Assembly (NCBI GenBank): GCA_964016885.1
Contig: OZ024740.1
Location: 392,770,001-392,834,000, forward strand
Source of the DNA: Eledone cirrhosa
Taxonomy: Eukaryota
Direction: 5' to 3'
Length of the DNA stretch: 64,000 nucleotides
A model generated the notes under the pieces. It was not told the origin of the DNA. It did not search any database and saw only the letters and a list, made by a program, of their open reading frames with translations. Shown here one piece after another: positions 58,771 through 64,000 of the stretch (positions within the stretch are counted from its first letter, which is position 1; every line of letters begins with the position of its first letter). A program made the position numbers and the translations under genes.

Positions 58771-58887
58771 TTGTGCTGTTACATTTCCACTCTTCAACAA
58801 TGGGCACAAGATACACGATGAGCGGTAACCATCATCAGGAAGATAATAATCAAAGGAAAATTTTATTGGCTCCATTATATCAATTTT
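58771..58887 (-). CDS. Integrin alpha exon (thigh C-term): KIDIMEPIKFSFDYYLPDDGYRSSCILCPLLKSGNVTAQ
   Basis: tttcAG and GTAAGT on the minus strand; 117 nt, phase 0-0; PI.F...Y.L and CxxCP.L pattern. Confidence 0.85.
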
Positions 58888-59406
58888 CTGAAAAAATAAA
58901 AGGAATAATTGTTGATTTCTAATACAAAGCTTCGAATTTGGCGATGGGTGTAGTCGATTACATCAACCTGACTATATGATCCTCGGTCTGTATATGCTTC
59001 CAAGAATTCTGTGTTTTGGTTTGCACCGTTAGAGGGGAGAGTAAACATATAAAAGAATATAGATGCAAAAAGTGCTTACACGTCAGATTCTATAGTGATT
59101 AACGCTGGTGCGAGAGACACTTTACCAATTTTTGAAGAATTTAAGATAGCAGCGTGCAAACACAAAAGACGATGGCAAATGAGTTCAAACATTGCAGGTT
59201 TGAAGTAAGAGTAACCTTCTCTCATAAACGTGTAAATACACCCAATCATATCAAAATGAGTCAATATAGATTTCGTTTTTGTTTATAATAGGATAGGAAA
59301 ATGAGATTCTGCGATTTTCATTCCTTTTTGATGGTATTAACTCTGTAAAAGAAGTCAAACAGTTTTCACTAGGAGTAGAAACCATTATATTTCATATGAG
59401 TCAATG

Positions 59407-59592
59407 GTGGATTGGCAGTATCGCTAGAGGGCCTGACGCCATGCTTTGACGCATAGAGTTACGGCCCTTCCTTGCCATTCCGAGTTCAAATCCCGCCGAG
59501 GTTAACTTTGCTTTTCATCCTTACGGGGTCGATAAAATAAAGTACCAGTAATGCACTGGGTAATTGCTGGCCTTGTGCCAAAAGTAGAAACA
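59407..59592 (+). mobile_element. Full-length SINE with 23-bp target-site duplication
   Basis: attatatttcatatgagtcaatg at 59384-59406 and 59593-59615. Confidence 0.9.
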
Positions 59593-60089
59593 ATTATATT
59601 TCATATGAGTCAATGAGAGAGCTCCTACGTGGTTGATTAGTCTGCTTAAAATAATAGTCTAATTTCTCTTAAACAATACACTTGAAAAGCAATATCTAAG
59701 ACTAAATTGGATAATTAAACCGTGTTACTGGTTATTAGAGAACGACGGTAACAACAAGAACAACAACTGTTACATTTTAGTTATTCATTGTAACTGCAAG
59801 TTGTTCTTCAAACGTTTTAGTTATTCATTGTAACTGCAAGTTGTTCTTCAAACATTTTAAGAATGATTGGTTATCATGAAAATTAAGTCTTTAGTGAGTA
59901 ACCAACAAAACATTATAAGTTACATTCGGGTGGTGTGTTCTTCGATCCTCAAAAGCTTCATTTTCTCTGTAAGTTAGGTGACTTAGCCAGACACATAATG
60001 TATTTCAATCGATCAAATACATGCAATTAGAACTTAATGCAATTAACAACATTCTTTTACTACTTTTAAAAACTGTTATTTTCACGTAC

Positions 60090-60232
60090 CTTTACTTTGA
60101 CTTGGTAGGTTTTTCTGTAGAAAGCATTAGATATTTTCAGTGTATCCGAGTATTCGTTCTTGTTATTCTCAAAATAGATTCGTCTTCTGCTCGCAGGTTT
60201 TCCAATATCCGCATTTAAATTTATATTCATAA
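60090..60232 (-). CDS. Integrin alpha exon (thigh domain): MNINLNADIGKPASRRRIYFENNK...YQVKVK
   Basis: Minus-strand ttttAG acceptor and GTACGT donor; l.lD....R..F thigh pattern; phase-0 join to the next exon; upstream exons lie outside the window. Confidence 0.75.
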
Positions 60233-60523
60233 CTAAAACAAAACTCAACATATTTCACTATATATCTCCAATTGCAAATGACATATGTTCTAAAGATATT
60301 TTTATACTTTTTCTTATTTATAGTTGCATATGAAATAATATAAAACTTATCAGATTTTATTTATATTTTAATAGTCAGCCGTTTCTATATTATTATTCCG
60401 TATTCAATTTGTGGTTAATGAATCAAGATCATTAAATAAGCCGATTAACAACTTCATATATCTACAAGCAGGGGGAATAGCTGGTTAATGATGTATTCTT
60501 AATCTAGTGAACACACACACTCA

Positions 60524-61258
<735 letters not shown>

Positions 61259-61454
61259 TTGAGTTTGTATTGGTTGATTACCGACACCTCAGTATGCAGG
61301 CTGGAACACTCAACGAAGTGCGCAGGTTGGTCTGTTTACTCCGGAGTAGTGTAAAAATAAGAAGTGTAAGTCAACAGGGTAAAATTAGCTTCGTTTATTC
61401 ATATTCAGTGAAATATATATAGCAGCGAATATGAATAAACGAGCTAATTTTACA

Positions 61455-63703
61455 GTCGGGGACTGCGATGGGTACAAAATCGCTCCAGCTTATGCCAACT
61501 TAGTCATGGCATACTTGGAAGTCCAGATATATGAACAGTCCAAATCAAAATACGGATTGAATTTCCACAAATATTTATGAGAGAATTGGAAATGCTACTT
61601 GGATGATTGTCTCATCGACCAACTAAATGATTTCAAAACTTTAATGAACGGCATCAATAACCACATCCAATGGAATACAGCCAAGATCAACTCCCATTTC
61701 TGGACATCTTAATCATAAAAAAGACACAAATATTGAAACTGACATACACTACAAATCAACAGATTCCAAACAATACCTGCTATTAACCCCCAACCAACCA
61801 AAGCACACGAAGACGAACATTCCTTTTAACCTAGCAAGAAGAATTTGCACAATTGTCTCCAATTATGAAACGCGAAATAAAAGACTTCAAGAATTAAAGG
61901 AAATTCTACTCGAGAGAGAGTACCCACCATTACTAATAAATAATGGAATAGAAAGGGCTAAAGCAATAGGCATTGATGAATTACGAAAACAGAAACAAAT
62001 TCAAGGTACGTCCAATATTCTATCATATATCTCAACACACAACCCAAGAAATGCGGAAACTTACAAAACTATTCACAAGAACATCCCACTATTGAAACAA
62101 GACCCAAGAATGAAAAAAGCCCTTGAAACACACAAAATAATCAAAAGCAAAAGACAACCGAAATCACTAAAAACATTACTCATCAACGCCAAATTACCTA
62201 CCACAAACCCACAACCAACTGTCAAAAAATGTGGTCGCTCTAATTGTGGAACCTGCACTCACCTCATTGAAGACAACACGTATACATTTCAATCAGGACA
62301 AAATTTTGCTGTAAAAAAATCACTTCACTTGCTCATCAAAAAATCTACTTTATGCCATTAAATGTAAAGGATGCAATAAAGATTATATAGGACAAACTAA
62401 ACTCACACTCAGAAACAGAATGACAGTTCATCGCCAACAATTACGAGATCTTACCACAAGAAAGATGCCACTCAGTGCACATCTAGACATATGCGCAAGT
62501 AATAAGACACCCAAATTCCAAGTCTTCCCATTTTATCTTTGTGCTGCCAATACAACAGAACAAATACGAATAAATAAGGAAAATATGTTTATTCAAAAAT
62601 ATAGACCAGCATTAAATATAGTTTAATATACATTATGTCAACACCATAACATTCTAACCATCCAAACAGACACATACATACACACACACATAACACCTTC
62701 TAATTTAGAAAATAAAAACCAGAACTAAATAAACCTTAACATACGTTAATTCTCTAACACCTTAACAAGCTAACCCCCCCCCCCCCCCCCACACACACAC
62801 ACATAACTCCCTCCCCCATTTCTACTTACGGAATCATTTTCCTACACACACACATACAAAAAAAATATATATATATTCTCTCCATCTTAACATGCTAACC
62901 ATACTCCCACACACGCATACACTCACACACACATAACACCCATGCACACACACACAACTCCCTCCCCCATTTCTACTAATAGAATCATTTTCCTACACAC
63001 ACACAAGCACATAAATAAACATACATATCTCTACTTTCTTTATTTCAATAGAAAGTCTGAGTTTTGACACCCCACCACACCAGCCATATTAACTGAACCA
63101 GAACAATTCTCCCCATCCCGTTTTTCTTGACCATTACCTTTTGTTTGGCACAAAATTCTCTAAAAGGCTACAAAATAAGTTCCCAAATACGGGCGCGAAA
63201 TTTAATGTACTTGTTCACGTGACAGTCACAATTCCATTTATAACCAATCAAATTACATTTATAAAAAAAAAGCCTTTGTGAGCCACCTTTTTTTTTAAGT
63301 AAAAAGAAATTCAAACACAAAGTGGCGCGAAAGCTGATGTGCTTATTCACGTGACTGCATCAACCAACCAAACTTCACTCATGTATGAAAAAACAACTTG
63401 ATCCCCCCCCCCCCCTATTATTTTTAAGGCAAATATAATAAGAACTTTGTAACGCGAACTGGCGCGAAATTTATTATACTTATTCACCAACCAACCAAAT
63501 TACTTCTCTAAAAACCTAGCATTTTGAGCCACTTTTTTTCCCATATAAAACAGAAGTAACATTCAAAAACCAATGTGAGAAAAACCACAAACCCTCCATC
63601 TCAATTCTACTTTTAAGCAGAACTGCGAAACCGGTAAAGGAACCAAATAAATATATATATAAAAAAAAAGACTCCAGTTGCATTTTCGATTTCATCTTTT
63701 TTC

Positions 63704-63710
<7 letters not shown>
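61455..63710 (+). mobile_element. 5'-truncated, decayed copy of the same Penelope family
   Basis: Colinear with about 45168-47877 (ORFs 62092 and 62420 nearly identical in translation); frameshifts; ends in (TA)n. Confidence 0.92.
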
Positions 63711-63765
<55 letters not shown>

Positions 63766-63870
63766 AGGTGAGTTTTATTGTAGTACACTATGTTGATTTA
63801 AAACTGAATATGTTGATTTAAAACTGAACTATCCACCAGTGTTTTTTAACCTTCATATCATGTCCTCCTG

Positions 63871-63937
63871 TTTTATCTGATGAAAACACAAATATTATTG
63901 CATGATGATATTTGTTTTTGAAATGCGCATAATAAAA
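63871..63937 (+). ncRNA. Type I hammerhead ribozyme motif with long stem II
   Basis: UUUUAU CUGAUGA AAAcACAAAUAUUA...UGAUAUUUGUuUUU GAAA UGCGCA U A AUAAAA; 6-bp stem I; palindromic stem III. Confidence 0.82.
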
Positions 63938-64000
63938 TACATGGAACTCTTTTAACCATCTTTTGTTCTTATATATTATATATATATATATATAGTTCTA

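Noticed and set aside
59076-59264. Possible extra integrin exon (ORF MTHFDMIGC...)
   Set aside because: Its donor would be phase 2, whereas the flanking exons 60090 and 58887 already join in phase 0 with a continuous thigh-domain pattern
59773-59858. 40-bp tandem duplication (also 20-bp at 63789-63828 and about 30-bp at 20420-20480)
   Set aside because: Ordinary local duplications with no further structure

Overview
AT-rich, microsatellite-dense animal genomic DNA. The SINE type and repeat landscape suggest a coleoid cephalopod such as Octopus (inference). Two spliced host genes converge tail-to-tail. On the + strand are the last 5 coding exons of a class B1 (secretin/PTH/calcitonin-receptor family) GPCR (415-19572). 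On the - strand are the last 10 coding exons of an integrin alpha subunit (60232-30980), with a non-canonical ELGFFTR motif and an acidic repeat tail. Introns and the intergenic region hold Penelope-like retroelements (one near-complete Neptune-type copy, a Naiad-type copy and fragments), CRE/RTE/RLE LINE remnants, a mariner remnant, MITEs and tRNA-derived SINEs. The strongest unannotated signal is about ten minimal hammerhead-ribozyme motifs from several unrelated families, read by eye. They include U3-A8 core variants, U10.1-U11.1 variants and palindromic stem III forms, and most sit in fold-back inversions or next to (TA)n tracts. Most long ORFs in the ORF track are microsatellite artefacts. 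All calls are manual, with no database search.
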